64,000 nucleotides of DNA. It comes from the human T2T-CHM13v2.0 reference genome, Homo sapiens. The position numbers and the translations under genes were made by a program. The stretch lies in NCBI RefSeq assembly GCF_009914755.1, contig NC_060947.1; one strand, given 5' to 3'. The notes beneath the pieces are model-generated. The model saw only the letters and a list, made by a program, of their open reading frames with translations, made no database searches and had not been told where the DNA came from. Shown here one piece after another: positions 37,371 to 51,322 of this stretch (position 1 is its first letter; the number at the start of each line of letters is the position of its first letter).

Positions 37371-40300
37371 CAAACATCACAAAATAGTTTCCGAGAATGC
37401 TTCTGTTTAGTTTTTATGTGAAGATGATCCCGTTTCCAGTGAAATCTTCAAAGAGGTCCACATATCCCCTTGCAGATTCCAAAGAAAGAGGGTTTCAAAA
37501 CTGCTCCATCAGAAGGATTGTTCAACTCTGTGAGTTGAATGCAGTCATCGCAGAAAACTTTCTGAGAATGCTTCTGTCTAGGTTTGATGTGAAGATATAG
37601 ACGTTTCAAACGAAGGCTACAAAGTGGTCAAAATATACACTTGCAGATTCTACTACAAGGGTGTTGCAAACCTGAACTATCAAAGGAAGGTTCAACTCTG
37701 TGAGTTGAATACAAACATCACAAAGAATGTTCTGAGTTTGCTTCCGTTCAGTTATGGGAAGTTGATCCCGTTTCCAACGAAATCCTCAGAGAGGTCCAAA
37801 TATCCCCTCGCAGATTCTACAAAACATGTGTTTGGAAACTGCTCCATCATAACGAATGTTCAGCTCCCTGAGTTAAACTCCATCGTCACAAAGAATTTTC
37901 TGAGAGTGCTACCGTCTGGTTTTTATATGAAGTTCTTTCCTTCACTACCACAGGCCTCAAAGCGGTCCAAATCTCCACTTGCAGATTCTACAAAAAGAGT
38001 GTTTGCAAACTGCTCTATCAAAAGGAATGTTCAACTCTGGGAGTTGAATGCAATCATCACAGAGCAGTTTCTGAGAATGCTTCTATGTCGTTTTTAGGAG
38101 AAGATATTTCCTTTTCCAACACAGTCCTCCAAGCCCGCTAAATAGCCACTTGCACATTGTAGAAAAAGTGTGTCAAAGCTGCGCTATCAAAGGGAAAGTT
38201 CAACTCTGTGAGGTGAATGCAAACATCCCAAAGAAGTTTCTGAGAATGCTTCCGTTTAGCTTTTAGGTGAAGATTATCCCGTTTCCAACGAAACCTTCAA
38301 AGAGGTCCAAATATCCCCTTGCGGATCCCACAGAAAGAGTGTTTCGAAACTGCTGTTTCAAAAGGAATCTTCAACTCTGTGAGTTGAATGCAATCATCAC
38401 AAAGAAGTTTCTGACAATGCTTCTCTCTCGTCTTTCTGTGAAGATAAAGGAAAAGGCTTTCAGGCCTTTTCCACCACAGGCCTGAAAGCGCTCCAAATGT
38501 CCACTTGCAGATTCTGCCAAAAGAATATTTCAAAACTGCTCTATGAAAAGCAATGTTAAACTCTGCGGCTCGAACACAAACATCACAAAGCGGTTTCTGA
38601 GAATGCTTCAGTTTAGTTTTTCTGTGGAAATATTCCCGTTTCCAAAGAAATCTTCAAAGAGGTCCACGTATCCACTTACAGATTCTACAAAAAGACAGTT
38701 TCAAAACTGCTCCATCAAAAGGAGGGTTCAACCGTGTGACTTGAATGCAATCATCACTCAGAAGTTTCTGAGAATGCTTCTCTTTAGTTTTTACGTGAAC
38801 ATATACCCGTTTCGAACGAAGGCCACCCAGTGGTCCAAATATCCACTTGCAGATTATACAGAAAGAGTGTTTCGAACCTGAACTCTCAAAGGCAGGTTCA
38901 TCTCTGCGAGTTAAATGCATTCATCATGAAGAACTTTCTCAGAGTGTTTGTGTTTAGTTATGGGAAATTATTCCCGTTTCCAACGAAATCCTCAGAGAGC
39001 TCCAAATATCCACCTGCAGATTCTACCAAAAGTGTATTTGGAAACTGCTCCATCAAAAGGCATGTTCAGCTCTGTGAGTGAAACTCCATCATCACAAAGA
39101 ATATTCTGAGAATGCTTCCGTTTGCCTTTTATATGAACTTCCTTCCTGTACTACCGTAGGCCTCAAAGCAGTCCAAATCTCCATTTGCAGATTCTATAAA
39201 AAGAGTGATTCCAATCTGCTCTATCAATAGGATTGTTCAACTCCATGAGTTGAATGCCATCCTCACAAAGTAGTTTCTGAGAATGCTTCTATCTGGTTTT
39301 TGTGTGAAGATATTTCCTTTTCCACCACAGGCCTCAAAGCCCTCCAAACGTCCACTTGCAGATTCTCGAAAAAGAGTGTTTCATAGCTGCTCTTTCCAAA
39401 GGAAAGTTCAACTCTGGGAGTTGAATACAAACATCACAAAGTAGTTTCCGAGAATGCTTCTGTTTAGTTTTTATGTGAAGATGATCCCGTTTCCAGTGAA
39501 ATCTTCAAAGAGGTCCACATATCCCCTTGCAGATTCCAAAGAAAGAGGGTTTCAAAACTGCTCCATCAGAAGGATTGTTCAACTCTGTGAGTTGAATGCA
39601 GTCATCGCAGAAAACTTTCTGAGAAAGCTTCTGTCTAGGTTTGATGTGAAGATATAGACGTTTCAAACGAAGGCTACAAAGTGGTCAAAATATACACTTG
39701 CAGATTCTACTACAAGGGTGTTGCAAACCTGAACTATCAAAGGAAGGTTCAACTCTGTGAGTTGAATACAAACATCACAAAGAATGTTCTGAGTTTGCTT
39801 CCGTTCAGTTATGGGAAGTTGATCCCGTTTCCAAAGAAATCCTCAGAGAGGTCCAAATATCCCCTCGCAGATTCTACAAAACGTGTGTTTGGAAACTGCT
39901 CCATCATAACGAATGTTCAGCTCCCTGAGTTAAACTCCATCGTCACAAAGAATTTTCTGAGAGTGCTACCGTCTGGTTTTTATATGAAGTTCTTTCCTTC
40001 ACTACCACAGGCCTCAAAGCGGTCCAAATCTCCACTTGCAGATTCTACAAAAAGAGTGTTTGCAAACTGCTCTATCAAAAGGAATGTTCAACTCTGGGAG
40101 TTGAATGCAATCATCACAGAGCAGTTTCTGAGAATGCTTCTATGTCGTTTTTAGGAGAAGATATTTCCTTTTCCAACACAGTCCTCCAAGCCCGCTAAAT
40201 AGCCACTTGCACATTGTAGAAAAAGTGTGTCAAAGCTGCGCTATCAAAGGGAAAGTTCAACTCTGTGAGGTGAATGCAAACATCCCAAAGAAGTTTCTGA

Positions 40301-43300
40301 GAATGCTTCCGTTTAGCTTTTAGGTGAAGATTATCCCGTTTCCAACGAAACCTTCAAAGAGGTCCAAATATCCCCTTGCGGATCCCACAGAAAGAGTGTT
40401 TCGAAACTGCTGTTTCAAAAGGAATCTTCAACTCTGTGAGTTGAATGCAATCATCACAAAGAAGTTTCTGACAATGCTTCTCTCTCGTCTTTCTGTGAAG
40501 ATAAAGGAAAAGGCTTTCAGGCCTTTTCCACCACAGGCCTGAAAGCGCTCCAAATGTCCACTTGCAGATTCTGCCAAAAGAATATTTCAAAACTGCTCTA
40601 TGAAAAGCAATGTTAAACTCTGCGGCTCGAACACAAACATCACAAAGCGGTTTCTGAGAATGCTTCAGTTTAGTTTTTCTGTGGAAATATTCCCGTTTCC
40701 AAAGAAATCTTCAAAGAGGTCCACGTATCCACTTACAGATTCTACAAAAAGACAGTTTCAAAACTGCTCCATCAAAAGGAGGGTTCAACCGTGTGACTTG
40801 AATGCAATCATCACTCAGAAGTTTCTGAGAATGCTTCTCTTTAGTTTTTACGTGAACATATACCCGTTTCGAACGAAGGCCACCCAGTGGTCCAAATATC
40901 CACTTGCAGATTATACAGAAAGAGTGTTTCGAACCTGAACTCTCAAAGGCAGGTTCATCTCTGCGAGTTAAATGCATTCATCATGAAGAACTTTCTCAGA
41001 GTGTTTGTGTTTAGTTATGGGAAATTATTCCCGTTTCCAACGAAATCCTCAGAGAGCTCCAAATATCCACCTGCAGATTCTACCAAAAGTGTATTTGGAA
41101 ACTGCTCCATCAAAAGGCATGTTCAGCTCTGTGAGTGAAACTCCATCATCACAAAGAATATTCTGAGAATGCTTCCGTTTGCCTTTTATATGAAGTTCCT
41201 TCCTGTACTACCGTAGGCCTCAAAGCAGTCCAAATCTCCATTTGCAGATTCTATAAAAAGAGTGATTCCAATCTGCTCTATCAATAGGATTGTTCAACTC
41301 CATGAGTTGAATGCCATCCTCACAAAGTAGTTTCTGAGAATGCTTCTATCTGGTTTTTGTGTGAAGATATTTCCTTTTCCACCACAGGCCTCAAAGCCCT
41401 CCAAACGTCCACTTGCAGATTCTCGAAAAAGAGTGTTTCATAGCTGCTCTTTCAAAAGGAAAGTTCAACTCTGGGAGTTGAATACAAACATCACAAAATA
41501 GTTTCCGAGAATGCTTCTGTTTAGTTTTTATGTGAAGATGATCCCGTTTCCAGTGAAATCTTCAAAGAGGTCCACATATCCCCTTGCAGATTCCAAAGAA
41601 AGAGGGTTTCAAAACTGCTCCATCAGAAGGATTGTTCAACTCTGTGAGTTGAATGCAGTCATCGCAGAAAACTTTCTGAGAATGCTTCTGTCTAGGTTTG
41701 ATGTGAAGATATAGACGTTTCAAACGAAGGCTACAAAGTGGTCAAAATATACACTTGCAGATTCTACTACAAGGGTGTTGCAAACCTGAACTATCAAAGG
41801 AAGGTTCAACTCTGTGAGTTGAATACAAACATCACAAAGAATGTTCTGAGTTTGCTTCCGTTCAGTTATGGGAAGTTGATCCCGTTTCCAACGAAATCCT
41901 CAGAGAGGTCCAAATATCCCCTTGCAGATTCTACAAAACGTGTGTTTGGAAACTGCTCCATCATAACGAATGTTCAGCTCCCTGAGTTAAACTCCATCGT
42001 CACAAAGAATTTTCTGAGAGTGCTACCGTCTGGTTTTTATATGAAGTTCTTTCCTTCACTACCACAGGCCTCAAAGCGGTCCAAATCTCCACTTGCAGAT
42101 TCTACAAAAAGAGTGTTTGCAAACTGCTCTATCAAAAGGAATGTTCAACTCTGGGAGTTGAATGCAATCATCACAGAGCAGTTTCTGAGAATGCTTCTAT
42201 GTCGTTTTTAGAAGATATTTCCTTTTCCAACACAGTCCTCCAAGCCCGCTAAATAGCCACTTGCACATTGTAGAAAAAGTGTGTCGAAGCTGCGCTATCA
42301 AAGGGAAAGTTCAACTCTGTGAGGTGAATGCAAACATCCCAAAGAAGTTTCTGAGAATGCTTCCGTTTAGCTTTTAGGTGAAGATTATCCCGTTTCCAAC
42401 GAAACCTTCAAAGAGGTCCAAATATCCCCTTGCGGATCCCACAGAAAGAGTGTTTCGAAACTGCTGTTTCAAAAGGAATCTTCAACTCTGTGAGTTGAAT
42501 GCAATCATCACAAAGAAGTTTCTGACAATGCTTCTCTCTCGTCTTTCTGTGAAGATAAAGGAAAAGGCTTTCAGGCCTTTGCCACCACAGGCCTGAAAGC
42601 GCTCCAAATGTCCACTTGCAGATTCTGCGAAAAGAATATTTCAAAACTGCTCTATGAAAAGCAATGTTAAACTCTGTGGCTCGAACACAAACATCACAAA
42701 GCGGTTTCTGAGAGTGCTTCAGTTTAGTTTTTCTGTGGAAATATTCCCGTTTCCAAAGAAATCTTCAAAGAGGTCCACGTATCCACTTACAGATTCTACA
42801 AAAAGACAGTTTCAAAACTGCTCCATCAAAAGGAGGGTTCAACTGTGTGACTTGAATGCAATCATCACTCAGAAGTTTCTGAGAATGCTTCTCTTTAGTT
42901 TTTACGTGAACATATACCCGTTTCGAACGAAGGCCACCCAGTGGTCCAAATATCCACTTGCAGATTCTACAGAAAGAGTGTTTCGAACCTGAACTCTCAA
43001 AGGCAGGTTCATCTCTGCGAGTTAAATGCATTCATCATGAAGAACTTTCTCAGAGTGTTTGTGTTTAGTTATGGGAAATTATTCCCGTTTCCAACGAAAT
43101 CCTCAGAGAGCTCCAAATATCCACCTGCAGATTCTACCAAAAGTGTATTTGGAAACTGCTCCATCAAAAGGCATGTTCAGCTCTGTGAGTGAAACTCCAT
43201 CATCACAAAGAATATTCTGAGAATGCTTCCGTTTGCCTTTTATATGAAGTTCCTTCCTGTACTACCGTAGGCCTCAAAGCAGTCCAAATCTCCATTTGCA

Positions 43301-44343
43301 GATTCTATAAAAAGAGTGATTCCAATCTGCTCTATCAATAGGATTGTTCAACTCCATGAGTTGAATGCCATCCTCACAAAGTAGTTTCTGAGAATGCTTC
43401 TATCTGGTTTTTGTGTGAAGATATTTCCTTTTCCACCACAGGCCTCAAAGCCCTCCAAACGTCCACTTGCAGATTCTCGAAAAAGAGTGTTTCATAGCTG
43501 CTCTTTCAAAAGGAAAGTTCAACTCTGGGAGTTGAATACAAACATCACAAAGTAGTTTCCGAGAATGCTTCTGTTTAGTTTTTATGTGAGGATGATCCCG
43601 TTTCCAGTGAAATCTTCAAAGAGGTCCACATATCCCCTTGCAGATTCCAAAGAAAGAGGGTTTCAAAACTGCTCCATCAGAAGGATTGTTCAACTCTGTG
43701 AGTTGAATGCAGTCATCGCAGAAAACTTTCTGAGAATGCTTCTGTCTAGGTTTGATGTGAAGATATAGACGTTTCAAACGAAGGCTACAAAGTGGTCAAA
43801 ATATACACTTGCAGATTCTACTACAAGGGTGTTGCAAACCTGAACTATCAAAGGAAGGTTCAACTCTGTGAGTTGAATACAAACATCACAAAGAATGTTC
43901 TGAGTTTGCTTCCGTTCAGTTATGGGAAGTTGATCCCGTTTCCAACGAAATCCTCAGAGAGGTCCAAATATCCCCTTGCAGATTCTACAAAACGTGTGTT
44001 TGGAAACTGCTCCATCATAACGAATGTTCAGCTCCCTGAGTTAAACTCCATCGTCACAAAGAATTTTCTGAGAGTGCTACCGTCTGGTTTTTATATGAAG
44101 TTCTTTCCTTCACTACCACAGGCCTCAAAGCGGTCCAAATCTCCACTTGCAGATTCTACAAAAAGAGTGTTTGCAAACTGCTCTATCAAAAGGAATGTTC
44201 AACTCTGGGAGTTGAATGCAATCATCACAGAGCAGTTTCTGAGAATGCTTCTATGTCGTTTTTAGGAGAAGATATTTCCTTTTCCAACACAGTCCTCCAA
44301 GCCCGCTAAATAGCCACTTGCACATTGTAGAAAAAGTGTGTCG
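37371..44343. repeat. More diverged copy of ~518-7491 (offset 36,853-36,854 at the start of the block)
   Basis: Shares tttccaaagg, aagctt (39625), the killed box (39835), gtcgaag, tttgccacc, gagagtgcttcag and gtgaggatg in the same order. It differs at 37826, at 39138, by a 3-bp deletion at ~42211, and lacks the 1-bp deletion. Confidence 0.8.
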
Positions 44344-47300
44344 AAGCTGCGCTATCAAAGGGAAAGTTCAACTCTGTGAGGTGAATGCAAACATCCCAAA
44401 GAAGTTTCTGAGAATGCTTCCGTTTAGCTTTTAGGTGAAGATTATCCCGTTTCCAACGAAACCTTCAAAGAGGTCCAAATATCCCCTTGCGGATCCCACA
44501 GAAAGAGTGTTTCGAAACTGCTGTTTCAAAAGGAATCTTCAACTCTGTGAGTTGAATGCAATCATCACAAAGAAGTTTCTGACAATGCTTCTCTCTCGTC
44601 TTTCTGTGAAGATAAAGGAAAAGGCTTTCAGGCCTTTGCCACCACAGGCCTGAAAGCGCTCCAAATGTCCACTTGCAGATTCTGCGAAAAGAATATTTCA
44701 AAACTGCTCTATGAAAAGCAATGTTAAACTCTGTGGCTCGAACACAAACATCACAAAGCGGTTTCTGAGAGTGCTTCAGTTTAGTTTTTCTGTGGAAATA
44801 TTCCCGTTTCCAAAGAAATCTTCAAAGAGGTCCACGTATCCACTTACAGATTCTACAAAAAGACAGTTTCAAAACTGCTCCATCAAAAGGAGGGTTCAAC
44901 TGTGTGACTTGAATGCAATCATCACTCAGAAGTTTCTGAGAATGCTTCTCTTTAGTTTTTACGTGAACATATACCCGTTTCGAACGAAGGCCACCCAGTG
45001 GTCCAAATATCCACTTGCAGATTCTACAGAAAGAGTGTTTCGAACCTGAACTCTCAAAGGCAGGTTCATCTCTGCGAGTTAAATGCATTCATCATGAAGA
45101 ACTTTCTCAGAGTGTTTGTGTTTAGTTATGGGAAATTATTCCCGTTTCCAACGAAATCCTCAGAGAGCTCCAAATATCCACCTGCAGATTCTACCAAAAG
45201 TGTATTTGGAAACTGCTCCATCAAAAGGCATGTTCAGCTCTGTGAGTGAAACTCCATCATCACAAAGAATATTCTGAGAATGCTTCCGTTTGCCTTTTAT
45301 ATGAAGTTCCTTCCTGTACTACCGTAGGCCTCAAAGCAGTCCAAATCTCCATTTGCAGATTCTATAAAAAGAGTGATTCCAATCTGCTCTATCAATAGGA
45401 TTGTTCAACTCCATGAGTTGAATGCCATCCTCACAAAGTAGTTTCTGAGAATGCTTCTATCTGGTTTTTGTGTGAAGATATTTCCTTTTCCACCACAGGC
45501 CTCAAAGCCCTCCAAACGTCCACTTGCAGATTCTCGAAAAAGAGTGTTTCATAGCTGCTCTTTCAAAAGGAAAGTTCAACTCTGGGAGTTGAATACAAAC
45601 ATCACAAAGTAGTTTCCGAGAATGCTTCTGTTTAGTTTTTATGTGAGGATGATCCCGTTTCCAGTGAAATCTTCAAAGAGGTCCACATATCCCCTTGCAG
45701 ATTCCAAAGAAAGAGGGTTTCAAAACTGCTCCATCAGAAGGATTGTTCAACTGTGTGAGTTGAATGCAGTCATCGCAGAAAACTTTCTGAGAATGCTTCT
45801 GTCTAGGTTTGATGTGAAGATATAGACGTTTCAAACGAAGGCTACAAAGTGGTCAAAATATACACTTGCAGATTCTACTACAAGGGTGTTGCAAACCTGA
45901 ACTATCAAAGGAAGGTTCAACTCTGTGAGTTGAATACAAACATCACAAAGAATGTTCTGAGTTTGCTTCCGTTCAGTTATGGGAAGTTGATCCCGTTTCC
46001 AACGAAATCCTCAGAGAGGTCCAAATATCCCCTTGCAGATTCTACAAAACGTGTGTTTGGAAACTGCTCCATCATAACGAATGTTCAGCTCCCTGAGTTA
46101 AACTCCATCGTCACAAAGAATTTTCTGAGAGTGCTACCGTCTGGTTTTTATATGAAGTTCTTTCCTTCACTACCACAGGCCTCAAAGCGGTCCAAATCTC
46201 CACTTGCAGATTCTACAAAAAGAGTGTTTGCAAACTGCTCTATCAAAAGGAATGTTCAACTCTGGGAGTTGAATGCAATCATCACAGAGCAGTTTCTGAG
46301 AATGCTTCTATGTCGTTTTTAGGAGAAGATATTTCCTTTTCCAACACAGTCCTCCAAGCCCGCTAAATAGCCACTTGCACATTGTAGAAAAAGTGTGTCA
46401 AAGCTGCGCTATCAAAGGGAAAGTTCAACTCTGTGAGGTGAATGCAAACATCCCAAAGAAGTTTCTGAGAATGCTTCCGTTTAGCTTTTAGGTGAAGATT
46501 ATCCCGTTTCCAACGAAACCTTCAAAGAGGTCCAAATATCCCCTTGCGGATCCCACAGAAAGAGTGTTTCGAAACTGCTGTTTCAAAAGGAATCTTCAAC
46601 TCTGTGAGTTGAATGCAATCATCACAAAGAAGTTTCTGACAATGCTTCTCTCTCGTCTTTCTGTGAAGATAAAGGAAAAGGCTTTCAGGCCTTTTCCACC
46701 ACAGGCCTGAAAGCGCTCCAAATGTCCACTTGCAGATTCTGCCAAAAGAATATTTCAAAACTGCTCTATGAAAAGCAATGTTAAACTCTGCGGCTCGAAC
46801 ACAAACATCACAAAGCGGTTTCTGAGAATGCTTCAGTTTAGTTTTTCTGTGGAAATATTCCCGTTTCCAAAGAAATCTTCAAAGAGGTCCACGTATCCAC
46901 TTACAGATTCTACAAAAAGACAGTTTCAAAACTGCTCCATCAAAAGGAGGGTTCAACCGTGTGACTTGAATGCAATCATCACTCAGAAGTTTCTGAGAAT
47001 GCTTCTCTTTAGTTTTTACGTGAACATATACCCGTTTCGAACGAAGGCCACCCAGTGGTCCAAATATCCACTTGCAGATTATACAGAAAGAGTGTTTCGA
47101 ACCTGAACTCTCAAAGGCAGGTTCATCTCTGCGAGTTAAATGCATTCATCATGAAGAACTTTCTCAGAGTGTTTGTGTTTAGTTATGGGAAATTATTCCC
47201 GTTTCCAACGAAATCCTCAGAGAGCTCCAAATATCCACCTGCAGATTCTACCAAAAGTGTATTTGGAAACTGCTCCATCAAAAGGCATGTTCAGCTCTGT

Positions 47301-50300
47301 GAGTGAAACTCCATCATCACAAAGAATATTCTGAGAATGCTTCCGTTTGCCTTTTATATGAAGTTCCTTCCTGTACTACCGTAGGCCTCAAAGCAGTCCA
47401 AATCTCCATTTGCAGATTCTATAAAAAGAGTGATTCCAATCTGCTCTATCAATAGGATTGTTCAACTCCATGAGTTGAATGCCATCCTCACAAAGTAGTT
47501 TCTGAGAATGCTTCTATCTGGTTTTTGTGTGAAGATATTTCCTTTTCCACCACAGGCCTCAAAGCCCTCCAAACGTCCACTTGCAGATTCTCGAAAAAGA
47601 GTGTTTCATAGCTGCTCTTTCAAAAGGAAAGTTCAACTCTGGGAGTTGAATACAAACATCACAAAATAGTTTCCGAGAATGCTTCTGTTTAGTTTTTATG
47701 TGAAGATGATCCCGTTTCCAGTGAAATCTTCAAAGAGGTCCACATATCCCCTTGCAGATTCCAAAGAAAGAGGGTTTCAAAACTGCTCCATCAGAAGGAT
47801 TGTTCAACTCTGTGAGTTGAATGCAGTCATCGCAGAAAACTTTCTGAGAATGCTTCTGTCTAGGTTTGATGTGAAGATATAGACGTTTCAAACGAAGGCT
47901 ACAAAGTGGTCAAAATATACACTTGCAGATTCTACTACAAGGGTGTTGCAAACCTGAACTATCAAAGGAAGGTTCAACTCTGTGAGTTGAATACAAACAT
48001 CACAAAGAATGTTCTGAGTTTGCTTCCGTTCAGTTATGGGAAGTTGATCCCGTTTCCAACGAAATCCTCAGAGAGGTCCAAATATCCCCTTGCAGATTCT
48101 ACAAAACGTGTGTTTGGAAACTGCTCCATCATAACGAATGTTCAGCTCCCTGAGTTAAACTCCATCGTCACAAAGAATTTTCTGAGAGTGCTACCGTCTG
48201 GTTTTTATATGAAGTTCTTTCCTTCACTACCACAGGCCTCAAAGCGGTCCAAATCTCCACTTGCAGATTCTACAAAAAGAGTGTTTGCAAACTGCTCTAT
48301 CAAAAGGAATGTTCAACTCTGGGAGTTGAATGCAATCATCACAGAGCAGTTTCTGAGAATGCTTCTATGTCGTTTTTAGGAGAAGATATTTCCTTTTCCA
48401 ACACAGTCCTCCAAGCCCGCTAAATAGCCACTTGCACATTGTAGAAAAAGTGTGTCGAAGCTGCGCTATCAAAGGGAAAGTTCAACTCTGTGAGGTGAAT
48501 GCAAACATCCCAAAGAAGTTTCTGAGAATGCTTCCGTTTAGCTTTTAGGTGAAGATTATCCCGTTTCCAACGAAACCTTCAAAGAGGTCCAAATATCCCC
48601 TTGCGGATCCCACAGAAAGAGTGTTTCGAAACTGCTGTTTCAAAAGGAATCTTCAACTCTGTGAGTTGAATGCAATCATCACAAAGAAGTTTCTGACAAT
48701 GCTTCTCTCTCGTCTTTCTGTGAAGATAAAGGAAAAGGCTTTCAGGCCTTTGCCACCACAGGCCTGAAAGCGCTCCAAATGTCCACTTGCAGATTCTGCC
48801 AAAAGAATATTTCAAAACTGCTCTATGAAAAGCAATGTTAAACTCTGTGGCTCGAACACAAACATCACAAAGCGGTTTCTGAGAATGTTTCAGTTTAGTT
48901 TTTCTGTGGAAATATTCCCGTTTCCAAAGAAATCTTCAAAGAGGTCCACGTATCCACTTACAGATTCTACAAAAAGACAGTTTCAAAACTGCTCCATCAA
49001 AAGGAGGGTTCAACTGTGTGACTTGAATGCAATCATCACTCAGAAGTTTCTGAGAATGCTTCTCTTTAGTTTTTACGTGAACATATACCCGTTTCGAACG
49101 AAGGCCACCCAGTGGTCCAAATATCCACTTGCAGATTCTACAGAAAGAGTGTTTCGAACCTGAACTCTCAAAGGCAGGTTCATCTCTGCGAGTTAAATGC
49201 ATTCATCATGAAGAACTTTCTCAGAGTGTTTGTGTTTAGTTATGGGAAATTATTCCCGTTTCCAACGAAATCCTCAGAGAGCTCCAAATATCCACCTGCA
49301 GATTCTACCAAAAGTGTATTTGGAAACTGCTCCATCAAAAGGCATGTTCAGCTCTGTGAGTGAAACTCCATCATCACAAAGAATATTCTGAGAATGCTTC
49401 CGTTTGCCTTTTATATGAAGTTCCTTCCTGTACTACCGTAGGCCTCAAAGCAGTCCAAATCTCCATTTGCAGATTCTATAAAAAGAGTGATTCCAATCTG
49501 CTCTATCAATAGGATTGTTCAACTCCATGAGTTGAATGCCATCCTCACAAAGTAGTTTCTGAGAATGCTTCTATCTGGTTTTTGTGTGAAGATATTTCCT
49601 TTTCCACCACAGGCCTCAAAGCCCTCCAAACGTCCACTTGCAGATTCTCGAAAAAGAGTGTTTCATAGCTGCTCTTTCAAAAGGAAAGTTCAACTCTGGG
49701 AGTTGAATACAAACATCACAAAGTAGTTTCCGAGAATGCTTCTGTTTAGTTTTTATGTGAGGATGATCCCGTTTCCAGTGAAATCTTCAAAGAGGTCCAC
49801 ATATCCCCTTGCAGATTCCAAAGAAAGAGGGTTTCAAAACTGCTCCATCAGAAGGATTGTTCAACTCTGTGAGTTGAATGCAGTCATCGCAGAAAACTTT
49901 CTGAGAATGCTTCTGTCTAGGTTTGATGTGAAGATATAGACGTTTCAAACGAAGGCTACAAAGTGGTCAAAATATACACTTGCAGATTCTACTACAAGGG
50001 TGTTGCAAACCTGAACTATCAAAGGAAGGTTCAACTCTGTGAGTTGAATACAAACATCACAAAGAATGTTCTGAGTTTGCTTCCGTTCAGTTATGGGAAG
50101 TTGATCCCGTTTCCAACGAAATCCTCAGAGAGGTCCAAATATCCCCTTGCAGATTCTACAAAACGTGTGTTTGGAAACTGCTCCATCATAACGAATGTTC
50201 AGCTCCCTGAGTTAAACTCCATCGTCACAAAGAATTTTCTGAGAGTGCTACCGTCTGGTTTTTATATGAAGTTCTTTCCTTCACTACCACAGGCCTCAAA

Positions 50301-51322
50301 GCTGTCCAAATCTCCACTTGCAGATTCTACAAAAAGAGTGTTTGCAAACTGCTCTATCAAAAGGAATGTTCAACTCTGGGAGTTGAATGCAATCATCACA
50401 GAGCAGTTTCTGAGAATGCTTCTATGTCGTTTTTAGGAGAAGATATTTCCTTTTCCAACACAGTCCTCCAAGCCCGCTAAATAGCCACTTGCACATTGTA
50501 GAAAAAGTGTGTCAAAGCTGCGCTATCAAAGGGAAAGTTCAACTCTGTGAGGTGAATGCAAACATCCCAAAGAAGTTTCTGAGAATGCTTCCGTTTAGCT
50601 TTTAGGTGAAGATTATCCCGTTTCCAACGAAACCTTCAAAGAGGTCCAAATATCCCCTTGCGGATCCCACAGAAAGAGTGTTTCGAAACTGCTGTTTCAA
50701 AAGGAATCTTCAACTCTGTGAGTTGAATGCAATCATCACAAAGAAGTTTCTGACAATGCTTCTCTCTCGTCTTTCTGTGAAGATAAAGGAAAAGGCTTTC
50801 AGGCCTTTTCCACCACAGGCCTGAAAGCGCTCCAAATGTCCACTTGCAGATTCTGCCAAAAGAATATTTCAAAACTGCTCTATGAAAAGCAATGTTAAAC
50901 TCTGTGGCTCGAACACAAACATCACAAAGCGGTTTCTGAGAATGCTTCAGTTTAGTTTTTCTGTGGAAATATTCCCGTTTCCAAAGAAATCTTCAAAGAG
51001 GTCCACGTATCCACTTACAGATTCTACAAAAAGACAGTTTCAAAACTGCTCCATCAAAAGGAGGGTTCAACTGTGTGACTTGAATGCAATCATCACTCAG
51101 AAGTTTCTGAGAATGCTTCTCTTTAGTTTTTACGTGAACATATACCCGTTTCGAACGAAGGCCACCCAGGGTCCAAATATCCACTTGCAGATTCTACAGA
51201 AAGAGTGTTTCGAACCTGAACTCTCAAAGGCAGGTTCATCTCTGCGAGTTAAATGCATTCATCATGAAGAACTTTCTCAGAGTATTTGTGTTTAGTTATG
51301 GGAAATTATTCCCGTTTCCAAA

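Noticed and set aside
27851-50304. Scattered singleton SNVs (e.g. ~27851, ~28339, XbaI-creating change at 29082, 37826, 39138, ~50304)
   Set aside because: Ordinary private mutations or consensus errors. They are useful as mapping markers but show no pattern.
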